NCBI GenBank assembly: GCA_965199495.1
Contig: CBDASK010000003.1
Coordinates: 1,948,443-2,012,442, forward strand
From: Abditibacterium sp.
GTDB taxonomy: Bacteria; Armatimonadota; Abditibacteriia; Abditibacteriales; Abditibacteriaceae
DNA length: 64,000 nucleotides
Direction of reading: 5' to 3'
The notes beneath the pieces are model-generated. The model ran no database searches. It worked only from the letters and a program-made list of their open reading frames with translations, and was not told where the DNA came from. The stretch's first letter is position 1, and each line of letters begins with the position of its first letter. This document shows, in pieces, positions 9,183 through 18,641 of this stretch. The position numbers were made by a program, and so were the translations under genes.

Positions 9183-10973
9183 ATGGCCCTGCTTAGTCTT
9201 CAGAACATCTCCTATCGCGTCGCCGACGCGCCGCTACTCGAAAACGCCGATTTACAAATCGAGCGCGGCGAACGCGTCTGTATCGTCGGGCGCAACGGCG
9301 CCGGGAAATCGACATTACTGCGCATTATTTCGGGCGAAATCGCGCCCGACGACGGAATTGTTGTGATTGACAAAGGCGTCAAAGTCGCGCGTTTGCCCCA
9401 GGAAGTGCCCGAAGGTTTCGTTGGAACGGTCGCGCAAATCGTCGCGGGCGATTCGGGCGCGCAACCGCACGAAATTGAGGCGACGATTTCGCGCTTGGGA
9501 TTGGAAGGCGACGCGCAATTTCAAACGTTGTCGGGCGGCATGAAGCGGCGGGCGTGGCTGGGTCGCACGCTGGTTTCGCAGCCCGACGTTTTGTTATTGG
9601 ACGAGCCGACCAACCATCTGGATATTGATTCGATTCAATGGCTCGAAGAGTTTTTGCTGCGCTATGTGCGCACGATTTTGTTCGTCAGCCACGACCGCGC
9701 CTTCACGCGCAATCTGGCGACGCGCATCGTCGAAATCGACCGCGCGACTTTGTATGCGTGGAACTGCAACTACGACGAATATCTGGAGCGCAAAGCCTCG
9801 GCGCTGGCCAACGAAGAACGCGAGCGCGCGTTGTTCGATAAAAAATTGGCGCAGGAAGAAGTCTGGATTCGCAAAGGCGTCGAGGCGCGGCGCACCAAAA
9901 GCAACAGCCGCATTCGTGAACTGATCAAAATGCGCGAAGAACGCTCGCAACGCCGCGAACGTTTGGGAAATGTCGGAATGGAATTGCAAAGCGCGCAACG
10001 TTCGGGCGCTTTGGTCGCGCAGGCGAAAAATATCGCGTTTGCGTATAACGGCGAAAAACCGATTGTCGAAGATTTCACGACGACAATTATGCGCGGCGAT
10101 AAAGTCGGCATCATCGGGCCAAACGGCGCGGGAAAAACCACGCTTTTGCGTTTATTACTGGGCCAACTCGAACCGCAATCGGGCGAAGTGAAGCTGGGAA
10201 CGAACCTGCAAATCGCTTATTTCGATCAGTTGCGCGCGCAACTCGATCCCGAATTAACGGTGCAACAGAACGTCGCGGGCGAGAATTCGACCGTGCAATT
10301 CAACGGCGAACACGTTCACGTCGTCGGATATTTGAACCAATTTTTGTTTTCGTCGCCGCGCATTCGCACCAAAGTCAAGTTTTTATCGGGCGGCGAACGC
10401 AATCGCTTATTGCTGGCCAAATTGTTTACGCAACCGGCGAATTTGTTGGTGATGGACGAGCCGACCAACGATTTGGACGCCGAAACGCTCGACTTATTGG
10501 AAGAATTGTTGATGAATTTCAAAGGCACGCTGTTGATGGTGAGCCACGACCGCGCGTTTTTGAATAACGTCGTGACGGGAACTTTGGTTTTCGAGCCAAA
10601 CGCGGATGGCGATTTAGAATTGCAAGAATACGTCGGCGGCTACGACGATTGGTTGCGCCAACGCCCGCAAATAGCAGCCACGCCGGAAGTGAAAGTCGCG
10701 TCCAAAGTTGTTAAGGCGCCAAAAGCACGCAAATTGAGCTTCAAAGAAACGCGCGAATTGGAAAGTTTGCCCGCGCAAATCGAGCAGTTGGAAACCGAAC
10801 AAGCCGAATTAGTCGAGAAGTTGGCCGACCCAGATTTATACAGCGACGGAGCCAAAGTGAGTGCGACAACGGCGCGCATGAAAGCGGTCGAAAACGCATT
10901 GGAAACCGCGTTCGAGCGTTGGGAAGAATTACTCGAAATGGAGAAAAAATCGGCGGCGGGCGAACTGTTTTGA
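9183..10973 (+). CDS. ABC-F family ATPase (two tandem ABC domains, EttA/Uup-like)
   Basis: 596 aa. Two Walker A motifs (GRNGAGKST, GPNGAGKTT) and two ABC signatures (LSGGMKRR, LSGGERNR), with a coiled-coil C-terminus. Confidence 0.85.
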   Translation: MALLSLQNISYRVADAPLLENADLQIERGERVCIVGRNGAGKSTLLRIISGEIAPDDGIVVIDKGVKVARLPQEVPEGFVGTVAQIVAGDSGAQPHEIEATISRLGLEGDAQFQTLSGGMKRRAWLGRTLVSQPDVLLLDEPTNHLDIDSIQWLEEFLLRYVRTILFVSHDRAFTRNLATRIVEIDRATLYAWNCNYDEYLERKASALANEERERALFDKKLAQEEVWIRKGVEARRTKSNSRIRELIKMREERSQRRERLGNVGMELQSAQRSGALVAQAKNIAFAYNGEKPIVEDFTTTIMRGDKVGIIGPNGAGKTTLLRLLLGQLEPQSGEVKLGTNLQIAYFDQLRAQLDPELTVQQNVAGENSTVQFNGEHVHVVGYLNQFLFSSPRIRTKVKFLSGGERNRLLLAKLFTQPANLLVMDEPTNDLDAETLDLLEELLMNFKGTLLMVSHDRAFLNNVVTGTLVFEPNADGDLELQEYVGGYDDWLRQRPQIAATPEVKVASKVVKAPKARKLSFKETRELESLPAQIEQLETEQAELVEKLADPDLYSDGAKVSATTARMKAVENALETAFERWEELLEMEKKSAAGELF

Positions 10974-11014
10974 GGGCGCAACTTGCGCGTTGAACGGCGC
11001 GTCAAATGACGTAA

Positions 11015-12439
11015 ATGATATTACGTATTTTGCAGGTCGTGTTGAAGTTCACAACGGTGGGAATGACTTTGGTCGCGCTGATTCATTCTCTTGAGGCCGC
11101 GCCCAAATCGGCGATTGTGGCGCCCAATCCGTTACCTTTGGGGCAACGATTGCCGATGCCGCCCGAAGGAATTGACGGGATCGAAGGCCAGTTTCGCAAT
11201 TATCAATGGGAAAAGATGGCGCGCGATTTACGTGTGCGCGACTTGCGCGTTTACGACTGGCCGCAGGCTTACAACAAAGTGGGCGAGGCCGGAAAGCAGC
11301 AAAGCTTGGTTATCGAACGTTTGCGTCGCGCCGGATATAAAGTGCAAAAATTCGAGTGGACGGGCTATAATCCCGCCGACACCGAAGGTTTTGAAGCGTA
11401 TCGCGTGGGCGAAACTTTGGCGGCGATGTGGCGCAATAACGGCTCGCATTTGCTGCTTTACTGGGGTCATCAGGCGCCCGCGACGCCCGCGCAAAAGCGC
11501 GATGATGAACTGTTGCAAGCCGCCGCCGCCGAAGATGTCGCTCGCGCGAAAACGGCATTGTTAAGGGGCGCCAATCCCAACGCCCTCGATTACAGCGGCG
11601 AATCGGTGCTAAGTTTGGCGGCGAACACGGGCAATATCCCAATTGTTAAAGCTCTATTGCGCGCGCAGCAAACGGCGCCCGGCGCGGCGGGCACGAAATT
11701 GAACATCGGCGATTGGCTGAAATTTGCCGTTGCGCGCGACGATACCGATTTGCTGCGACTGTTTTTGGCTAAAGGCGCCACGCCCAACCAGATTGGCGCG
11801 GCGTTGCAAGAGGCCGCCGCGCGTGGCGCGCGCAAATGCGCGCCCTTGCTCATCGAACACGCGCCGCGCGCTTGGATCAACTCGGCGTTGTGGCAAGCGG
11901 CATTTGTCGAAGAGTGGCGCGGATCGGCCATTCAATATCCCGACATCGTGAAACTTTTGCTGACGCGAAAACCCGATAAAAGCGCGCTCGACGTGGCGCT
12001 CTTGCGTGTTGCGGGATTTGACGATCAAGGCATTGTTGTTCCGCTCTTGTTGGAGGCGGGCGCCGATCCCAATGCCAGCGACGAACAAGGAGAAACCGCC
12101 TTGATTCACGCGCTCAAAGATTATGATCCCAATTCGGTGCGCAATCTCTTAAAAGCGGGCGCCGATCCCAACGCTAAAAGCGCGCGAGGCACTCCAGCTT
12201 TGGTTATGGCGCTGGGCACACCGTTCGACTTGGACGAATTACTGAAGTATTCCCCTGACCTGAGCGCGCGCACTAAATCGGGTGCGACGGCTTTAGATTT
12301 TGCGCGCAACACGTTGGAATCGCTCACCAAAAAAGCGGCTCAAAAAGAGAATCCTAATTATAAAGATGATCAAGCGTATCGTAACGATTGGCGGAAAATC
12401 GTCGCTCGTTTGGAAGCACTCACTCAATCTCAACATTAG
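11015..12439 (+). CDS. ankyrin-repeat protein with N-terminal secreted/unknown domain
   Basis: 474 aa. Hydrophobic N-terminus, then several ankyrin-like repeats (GANPNALDYSGESVLSLAANTGNIPIVKALL, GADPNASDEQGETALIHAL, GADPNAKSARGTPALVMAL). Confidence 0.65.
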   Translation: MILRILQVVLKFTTVGMTLVALIHSLEAAPKSAIVAPNPLPLGQRLPMPPEGIDGIEGQFRNYQWEKMARDLRVRDLRVYDWPQAYNKVGEAGKQQSLVIERLRRAGYKVQKFEWTGYNPADTEGFEAYRVGETLAAMWRNNGSHLLLYWGHQAPATPAQKRDDELLQAAAAEDVARAKTALLRGANPNALDYSGESVLSLAANTGNIPIVKALLRAQQTAPGAAGTKLNIGDWLKFAVARDDTDLLRLFLAKGATPNQIGAALQEAAARGARKCAPLLIEHAPRAWINSALWQAAFVEEWRGSAIQYPDIVKLLLTRKPDKSALDVALLRVAGFDDQGIVVPLLLEAGADPNASDEQGETALIHALKDYDPNSVRNLLKAGADPNAKSARGTPALVMALGTPFDLDELLKYSPDLSARTKSGATALDFARNTLESLTKKAAQKENPNYKDDQAYRNDWRKIVARLEALTQSQH

Positions 12440-12449
12440 GAGGTGAATT

Positions 12450-12800
12450 ATGCCAAAAAAGAAAAAACCGAAACGCGATCCGAATCAGCCGCTTTTGCAG
12501 GGGCGCGACGCTTACATTGCGCGCCTGAAAGCGGGCGAAACCGTGAGTTTTCGCGAGGGCGGCAACTCGATGACGCCGCGCATTAAATCGCGCGAGAAAT
12601 GCACGTATGAACCCGTGACTTCCATTGATGAACTCAAAGTTGGCGACGCCGTTTTCTGTAAAGTTGGCGGCAACTTTTTTACGCATTTGATTACCGCGAT
12701 TCGTGATGAACAAGTGCAAATCTCGAACAATCACGGGCACGTCAACGGTTGGACGCATATCTCGAACGTGTTCGGGCGCGTGATTGCTATCGAGAAATAA
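12450..12800 (+). CDS. small S24/S26 peptidase-fold (LexA/signal-peptidase-like) protein, hypothetical
   Basis: 116 aa. GNSMTP motif resembles the GDSM(x)P nucleophile motif of S24/S26 peptidases. Downstream KVGGNFFTHLI has His where the general base would sit. Basic N-terminal tail. Confidence 0.45.
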   Translation: MPKKKKPKRDPNQPLLQGRDAYIARLKAGETVSFREGGNSMTPRIKSREKCTYEPVTSIDELKVGDAVFCKVGGNFFTHLITAIRDEQVQISNNHGHVNGWTHISNVFGRVIAIEK

Positions 12801-13767
12801 ACCGCGTTTCGATTTCGGCAATCGCTCGCTTCAAGCGCGTTGGATGATCGCCCAAAACCAACAGCCATGGCGTCGCTTGCGCGTTCAATTCTTCGACGAA
12901 CTGCGCGTGCATCCCAGCGCGAATCGCTTCGCCGTCGCGGATGCCGTCTTGCACGAACGGAATATTGGCGTCGGTTAATAGATACAAATCGGCGTGGCCC
13001 GCGTTGGCAATCGCTTCGACATCGGGCGAAAATTCGCTCATGTAGCGATGATGCCACAAGCGTGTCGTCCACGCGTTGGTATCGCAAATTAAAATGCGAT
13101 TGGCGTCGCGCGCCGTCGCGTTTTCGCGCTTTTGTTGTTCGGCTGCAATTTGCGCAAATTCTTCGCTGCGCCAGACGTAATCCAAGCCGCTCCAATATTT
13201 TTCGCAGTATTCGCGGCCATATTCTTCGACCCACGCGGTTTGGAAATGCGCTGCCAAAGCGCGCGCCAAGGTCGTGGTGCCGCTCGATTCGGCGCCCACG
13301 ACGACGACGCGCGGCACAAAATGGGCGCGCACATGGGGGCGCAACCAATCGAAGTGGGCGCACGGATTGTCGCGAATCCACGTCGCGCGCATTGGGATTT
13401 TCGCGCGCTTTAAATCGACGCAAACGTGCGCACAATCCATGCAATGCGCCCAGCGCGCGCCGTATTCTTCGCTGGTGAAGGCGGCGTCGGGCTTTTCGCC
13501 GAGCCATCCGATGGTTAAATTCGCCCACAACTGCGAATCGTTATCGTCGAGTTCGGGCTTGTCGTCAATGACAATCACGTTGGCCGTCGGATGCGCCTCG
13601 CGCAGCCACGCCGCGCGCGTCGGGCCGGGAATAAAATCATCGGCGCGCCAGCAGACGATAACCGTCAAACGTTCGCACTGCGCCAAAGCGGTTTCGATGA
13701 GAAAATGATGGCCCAGATGCGGCGGCAAAAACTTGCCGATGGTGACGCCTAAATCAAATCGTTTCAT
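12787..13767 (-). CDS. nadR: NadR-type bifunctional NMN adenylyltransferase / ribosylnicotinamide kinase (no HTH domain)
   Basis: GKFLPPHLGHHFLI nucleotidyltransferase (H/T)xGH motif plus P-loop VVVVGAESSGTTTLARALA of the RNK domain. Adjacent to pnuC. Confidence 0.85.
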   Translation of the reverse strand: MKRFDLGVTIGKFLPPHLGHHFLIETALAQCERLTVIVCWRADDFIPGPTRAAWLREAHPTANVIVIDDKPELDDNDSQLWANLTIGWLGEKPDAAFTSEEYGARWAHCMDCAHVCVDLKRAKIPMRATWIRDNPCAHFDWLRPHVRAHFVPRVVVVGAESSGTTTLARALAAHFQTAWVEEYGREYCEKYWSGLDYVWRSEEFAQIAAEQQKRENATARDANRILICDTNAWTTRLWHHRYMSEFSPDVEAIANAGHADLYLLTDANIPFVQDGIRDGEAIRAGMHAQFVEELNAQATPWLLVLGDHPTRLKRAIAEIETRFISR

Positions 13768-14369
13768 GGATGAGCAATGGGCGCATCAGGCGCCGTGGCT
13801 GCTGCTGCGGACGACATGGATTTGCGCCAATCGCGCAGGCCGATGAGGCAGAGTATCAAAAAGAATCCGTAGAGCGCCGAAGTCAGATAAAGCCCGCGAT
13901 GAAGGTAAAGCGGCACATAAATCAGGTCGGCGAGAATCCAAATCCACCAGTTTTCCAAGCGTTTGCGCGAGAGCAAATACTGCGCGGCCAGCGAAAGCGC
14001 GGTCGTCATGGCGTCCCAAAGCGGCACCGCGCCGCCCGCCAGATGCAAAAATCGCATCATGAGCGGCACGGAAAATAATAAGAATAGCGCGCAAACCGTA
14101 ACATCGAATCGGCTGGCGCGCGTGACGGGGAGGGCCGCTTCGCCGCGCTTGCCGCCAACCCACAGCGCCCAGCCGAACACGCCTAAAACCAGATAAACGA
14201 CTTGCAAACCCGTGTCGCCGTAAAGCCGCGATTGGAAAAATAGGACGCCGAAGAGAACGTTGTTGACGATGCCAATCGGGAAGTTCCATAGACTCTGGCG
14301 CGCCGTCAGCCAGACGCACCAGGCGCCCGTAATAACGCCCCAGATTTCGGGCCAGGTAAATCCAAACAC
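13764..14369 (-). CDS. pnuC: nicotinamide riboside transporter PnuC
   Basis: 201 aa multi-TM protein with a PnuC-like sequence. Overlaps nadR by 4 bp, the classical pnuC-nadR pairing. Confidence 0.8.
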   Translation of the reverse strand: MFGFTWPEIWGVITGAWCVWLTARQSLWNFPIGIVNNVLFGVLFFQSRLYGDTGLQVVYLVLGVFGWALWVGGKRGEAALPVTRASRFDVTVCALFLLFSVPLMMRFLHLAGGAVPLWDAMTTALSLAAQYLLSRKRLENWWIWILADLIYVPLYLHRGLYLTSALYGFFLILCLIGLRDWRKSMSSAAAATAPDAPIAHP

Positions 14370-14437
14370 TCAGACATTTTATCAATTGCGCGAGGTTGTG
14401 CAGCCCAACTTTGGGTTGCACAACCTCGCGCAAATTT

Positions 14438-15145
14438 TTACCAATTCATCTGTTTGCCCATGTGCAAAAATTGGCCGCTCGGCCCATCAGCACCCAATGT
14501 CGCCAACCCAACGATGGTTTTGACGCCCTGCGCCGCCGTCATCGGCGCTTTATCGCCGCCCATATCGGTCTTGGCCCAACCCGGATGCGCGGCGTTGATT
14601 TTATAATTCGTGCCCGCTTTTTCCTGCGCCAATTCGACGGTGTAGGCGTTGAGCGCGGCTTTGGAAGCCGAGTAACTGGCGCGAATCCAGGTTTTCATTT
14701 GCGGCTTGGAAATCTCGTTGATGCTGCCCAGGATCGCGCTCAAATTGACGATGCGCGGCGCATCCGATTGGTCTAACAATGGCAAAAACGCGTTGGTCAC
14801 GTCCACAACGCCGAAGAAATTGACATCGAACGTGCGCTTCCAATTTTCCGAAGGCACGCCGCCGACTTTGAAATCGTGTTCGAGCATAATTCCGGCGTTG
14901 TTGACCAAAACATCGAGCGATTCGAGTTGCGCGGCGGCGCTGGCAATTGAATCTGAATCGGTGACATCGAGTTGCACGAAACGCGCGTCCAAACCTTCGC
15001 TTTGCAGCAAAGTTTCGGCGTCTTGTCCGCGATTTTCGTCGCGACAGGCGAGATAAACAGTGAAACCATAATCGCGCGCGAGTTGGCGGGCGGTTTCGAG
15101 GCCCAGACCTTTATTGGCGCCGGTGATGAGAGCGGTTTTTGACAT
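14438..15145 (-). CDS. SDR family oxidoreductase (carbonyl reductase-like)
   Basis: MSKTALITGANKGLGLETARQLA Rossmann motif and SDR YxxxK region. I start at ATG 15145, not the longer ORF-track start 15289. Confidence 0.8.
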   Translation of the reverse strand: MSKTALITGANKGLGLETARQLARDYGFTVYLACRDENRGQDAETLLQSEGLDARFVQLDVTDSDSIASAAAQLESLDVLVNNAGIMLEHDFKVGGVPSENWKRTFDVNFFGVVDVTNAFLPLLDQSDAPRIVNLSAILGSINEISKPQMKTWIRASYSASKAALNAYTVELAQEKAGTNYKINAAHPGWAKTDMGGDKAPMTAAQGVKTIVGLATLGADGPSGQFLHMGKQMNW

Positions 15146-15273
15146 AATGATTTGGAGAGAGCAAATCGGGCGACGAAAACCGCGAGACCATGCGCGTAAT
15201 TCGGCAAAAGTGCCATTGAGAGAGCGCATCAACCCAACAGCGAGTTTTGTGATTCTGCCAAACTTGGGTTTCG

Positions 15274-16611
15274 ATGAATCGAAATCCAAGTTATCAATTC
15301 CCGCCCGACTTTATCTGGGGCGTGGCGGCTGCCAGCGCGCAAATCGAAGGCGCCGCGTTTGAAGGCGGCAAAGGCGCCTCGATCTGGGACACGTTTTGCC
15401 GCCAACCCGGCGCGGTCTTAAACGGTGATACGCTCGATATGGCGTGCGATCACTTTCATCTTTACGAGCAGGACGCCGATTTGATGAAAGAATTGGGCTG
15501 GCGCAACTACCGCCTGAGCATCGCGTGGCCGCGCGTTTTCCCCGAAGGCACCGGCGAAATCAACGAAGCCGGATTGGAGTTTTACGACCGTTTGATTGAC
15601 GCGTTTTTGGCGCGCGACATCACGCCGTGGGTCACGCTGTTTCACTGGGATTTGCCGCAACCCTTGGAAGACGAAAACGGCTGGCTCAACCGTGCCACGG
15701 TTGACGCGTTCGCGGTTTATGCCGATGTCGTCACCAAGCGTTTGGGCGACCGGGTGAAAAATTGGCTCACGCTCAACGAAATGCCGTGTTTTATCGGTTT
15801 GGGCTACGAAACCGGCATTCACGCGCCGGGGCGCAAAGAGCAGAAACAACTCGTGAATCAGGGTTATCATCACGCGCTTTTGGCGCACGGGCGCGCCGTG
15901 GCTGCTGTGCGCGCCAACGTGCCCGGCGCGAGCGTTGGTCTGGTGCATAATCCGCCGACGCCGATTCCGGTTATCGAAACCGACGAACATATCGAGGCGG
16001 CGAAAGGTAATTACGAGCGCGCTAACGGCGCGCTCATGATGCCGGTTTTCGCGGGCAAATATCCCGATTGGTTTATGGATTCGCCCGACGCGCCCAAAGT
16101 GGAAGACGGCGATATGGAGATTATCGCGCAACCGGGCGATTTTCTGGGCTTGAATCTCTACGCCGGATATTTCGTGAGCGCCGACAACCCGGCGCAACAA
16201 CTGCCGTTTCCCAACCAATTTCCGCGCGGCGATTTGCCGTGGATTCACGTCACGCCGCAAACGCTCTACTGGCAAATCCGCTTGGCGCGCGAAGTTTTCG
16301 GCGTCGAATCGTTTTACGTCACCGAAAACGGCGCGGCGTTCGATGACCAATTGACCGACGCAGGCGAAGTCATTGATTTAGATCGGCGCGAATATCTGCG
16401 CAATTATCTCATCGGCTTGCAGCGCGCCAGCGCCGAGGGTTTCGATGTGAAGGGCTATTTCGCGTGGAGCGTGATGGACAACTACGAATGGGCCGAGGGT
16501 TACGCCAAACGATTCGGTTTGATTCACGTTGATTTCGCGACGCAAAAGCGGGTGCCGAAATTATCGGCCCAATGGTATAGCACGGTCTGCCGCGAAAATC
16601 GTGTGGTTTAA
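15274..16611 (+). CDS. GH1 beta-glucosidase
   Basis: 445 aa. FPPDFIWGVAAASAQIEGA N-terminus, TLNEM (acid/base Glu) and ENG nucleophile region YVTENGAA are typical of GH1. Confidence 0.9.
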   Translation: MNRNPSYQFPPDFIWGVAAASAQIEGAAFEGGKGASIWDTFCRQPGAVLNGDTLDMACDHFHLYEQDADLMKELGWRNYRLSIAWPRVFPEGTGEINEAGLEFYDRLIDAFLARDITPWVTLFHWDLPQPLEDENGWLNRATVDAFAVYADVVTKRLGDRVKNWLTLNEMPCFIGLGYETGIHAPGRKEQKQLVNQGYHHALLAHGRAVAAVRANVPGASVGLVHNPPTPIPVIETDEHIEAAKGNYERANGALMMPVFAGKYPDWFMDSPDAPKVEDGDMEIIAQPGDFLGLNLYAGYFVSADNPAQQLPFPNQFPRGDLPWIHVTPQTLYWQIRLAREVFGVESFYVTENGAAFDDQLTDAGEVIDLDRREYLRNYLIGLQRASAEGFDVKGYFAWSVMDNYEWAEGYAKRFGLIHVDFATQKRVPKLSAQWYSTVCRENRVV

Positions 16612-16616
16612 AGTTT

Positions 16617-16716
16617 CCGTAGAGACGCCGATTTATCGCGCCTAACACTGTCAGAGTTGCTTTGTCGTAACGGAATTTACGACGTTTTAGACGCGATAAA
16701 TCGGCGTCTCTACGGG
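16617..16716. repeat. GTAGAGAC...CTAAAACG family inverted-repeat element, copy 1
   Basis: ccgtagagacgccgatttatcgcgcctaacac - 34 nt - ttttagacgcgataaatcggcgtctctacgg. Each arm contains a local palindrome cgatttatcg. Intergenic between the GH1 gene and the HEAT gene. Confidence 0.7.
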
Positions 16717-16780
16717 ACAAGCGAAATTTACAAACATCGGGAACTTAAAAGCCGCGCCGCGCAGTCACCCATTTCAGCTC

Positions 16781-18640
16781 ATGAAAAAATCTCTTTTGCT
16801 CGCGGGTTTGTGTCTGCTTGGTTTATCGCACGTTCCGGCCCAAGCCGCGCCGGTTTTCGAGAGTGCGCCGTTTGGCGGCAAGGCGCAACCGGTGCCCGCC
16901 GGGGCGAAGTTGACGTTGCAGCCACGGCGGGCGAGTTACTTCTTGGGCGAGAACGTTATCGCCGATTTTCAGGTCGAAAACGTGGCCCAAACGCCGTTTG
17001 CGATTTCTGTCGGCGGCGATTATCGCGGCGGCACGCGCGCCGACCGTTTCAAAATCAGCGCGCTTGATGCGGCGGGACAGCCCGTGGCTGATCCGTCGCC
17101 GACCGAAAATAATTTCGGCGGTTTGGGCGGCGCCGTTCTGGTTAAGCCGGGCCAGATTTGGACGCGGACGCTTTCGCTTTTGCCCTATTTGCGCTTGGAA
17201 GCGCCGGGCGAATATCAACTTTCGGCGACGCACGATTTGGGTTGGAAAGCCACGAAAGAGCGCTCGTTGCCCATCGCTCACGCGACGATTCAGTTGCAGA
17301 TGCCGACACCGGAACAAGCGCGAGAAATCGTGGCGAAAATCGAAGCGTTGCCAAAAGCTGACGGCGTATCAATGGGCGAGCGCAATCCCAACGAATGGGC
17401 CGATTTTTCGGCGCTGCATTATCCGGTTTATCTGCCGATCATCGCTCCTCAAATTCGCGCGGGCGACGCGCGCTTTTTACCGTCAGTTGCCAAACTCGAA
17501 ACGCCCGAAGCCACGCGTTTGCTCATCGAATTGTTGGATGCCAAACCCGAAATCGCGCGTCAAGCCGCCGCGTATTTGACCGAGCGCTTGCCCGTCAACG
17601 ACGCCGATCCGATGATTCCTGCCGCGCTCGCCGACCGGCCCGAATTGCGCGCGTTTCGGGCGCAACGCCTTGAGCGCGTCGAGCGCTCGTGGCGCCCGGA
17701 GTTCGCCGCGCCGACATTGGATTACGCGCGCCGCGCGCTGCAAAGCGACGAACGTGAAACGCTGCGATTGGGCGCGCATTTGATGATGAATCTGGGCGCG
17801 GCGCCGGATTATTCGCGGGTTATCGCGGCGCTCAACCGGCGTTTGCCCTTGACGGCCAAAAAACCGCGTTGGCAATACGTTGGCAACGACCAAGATAACA
17901 CGATGGAAGGTTGGCAGTTGCAGGACGATTGTCTCGGACTGGCGCGCGCCGCGCTACAAATCCGGCGGCGCGATGCAGCCACGCCGCCCGGTGACAACAC
18001 AGCGGCAGACGCCGTCGTTGAAATCGTGGGCATGAAAACCGACCCCGCGCGCTTGGAAAACGCGTGGGCCGCGCGCGTCACGCCGTATTTGCGCGCGAAG
18101 TTGCCGTTTATCCGGCAATTGGCGTTGGAAAGTTTGGTGCCGCCGTACAATTTCAAAAGTCGGCCTGTCGCCGTAACGCCGACCCGATTAACGCCCGATG
18201 TGCGCGCGCTTTTGCCCGCGTTGTTGGCCGATTCCGACATCAGCGTGCGCGTGGCGGCGGTGACGTTGGCGGGCGCTTCGCGCGACAAAAGTTTGGCTTC
18301 GGATGTCTTGAAGAATCTGGCGCAAACGCGCAACAGTTGGGACATCGGCCCCGCCAATGAAGCCACGCGCAATCTGGGGGTTTCGCTGCGCGCCGCGCAA
18401 ATTTGGGCCAATCGGTTGGAACAACCCAAAATGTTCCGGCTGGCGATTGATTCGCTTTTGCAAATGACGACCGGTAGAGGTTTGAGCGGTTCAAGTCTCG
18501 ACAGCCCGGAACAGGGCGCGCTTTATCTGCCGCGCTGGCGCCAGTTTTTGCATCGCAACTCGGCGGTTTTGGCGGCGAACCAAACGATTGCGCGCGAGAA
18601 AATCCCGCGCGATTTGTATCCGGCGGATTGGAGTTTGTGA
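16781..18640 (+). CDS. secreted HEAT-repeat-like protein, hypothetical
   Basis: Signal peptide MKKSLLLAGLCLLGLSHVPAQAAP. HEAT-like repeats with VR-containing helices (ADSDISVRVAAVTLAG, IRQLALESL). Confidence 0.55.
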   Translation: MKKSLLLAGLCLLGLSHVPAQAAPVFESAPFGGKAQPVPAGAKLTLQPRRASYFLGENVIADFQVENVAQTPFAISVGGDYRGGTRADRFKISALDAAGQPVADPSPTENNFGGLGGAVLVKPGQIWTRTLSLLPYLRLEAPGEYQLSATHDLGWKATKERSLPIAHATIQLQMPTPEQAREIVAKIEALPKADGVSMGERNPNEWADFSALHYPVYLPIIAPQIRAGDARFLPSVAKLETPEATRLLIELLDAKPEIARQAAAYLTERLPVNDADPMIPAALADRPELRAFRAQRLERVERSWRPEFAAPTLDYARRALQSDERETLRLGAHLMMNLGAAPDYSRVIAALNRRLPLTAKKPRWQYVGNDQDNTMEGWQLQDDCLGLARAALQIRRRDAATPPGDNTAADAVVEIVGMKTDPARLENAWAARVTPYLRAKLPFIRQLALESLVPPYNFKSRPVAVTPTRLTPDVRALLPALLADSDISVRVAAVTLAGASRDKSLASDVLKNLAQTRNSWDIGPANEATRNLGVSLRAAQIWANRLEQPKMFRLAIDSLLQMTTGRGLSGSSLDSPEQGALYLPRWRQFLHRNSAVLAANQTIAREKIPRDLYPADWSL

Positions 18641-18641
18641 T

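Noticed and set aside
12731-13528. Many long ORFs antisense or out of frame to real genes, with Arg/Ala/Gly-rich products (for example 12731..13528, 7843..8622, 30493..31062, 36582..37283, 41206..42006, 53793..55022).
   Set aside because: High GC suppresses stop codons in all frames. These overlap well-supported genes and have Arg-rich low-complexity translations, so they are artefacts.
18470-18500. GGTTCAAGTC tRNA T-loop-like string.
   Set aside because: It lies inside the HEAT-repeat CDS. No acceptor or anticodon stems can be drawn. Not a tRNA.
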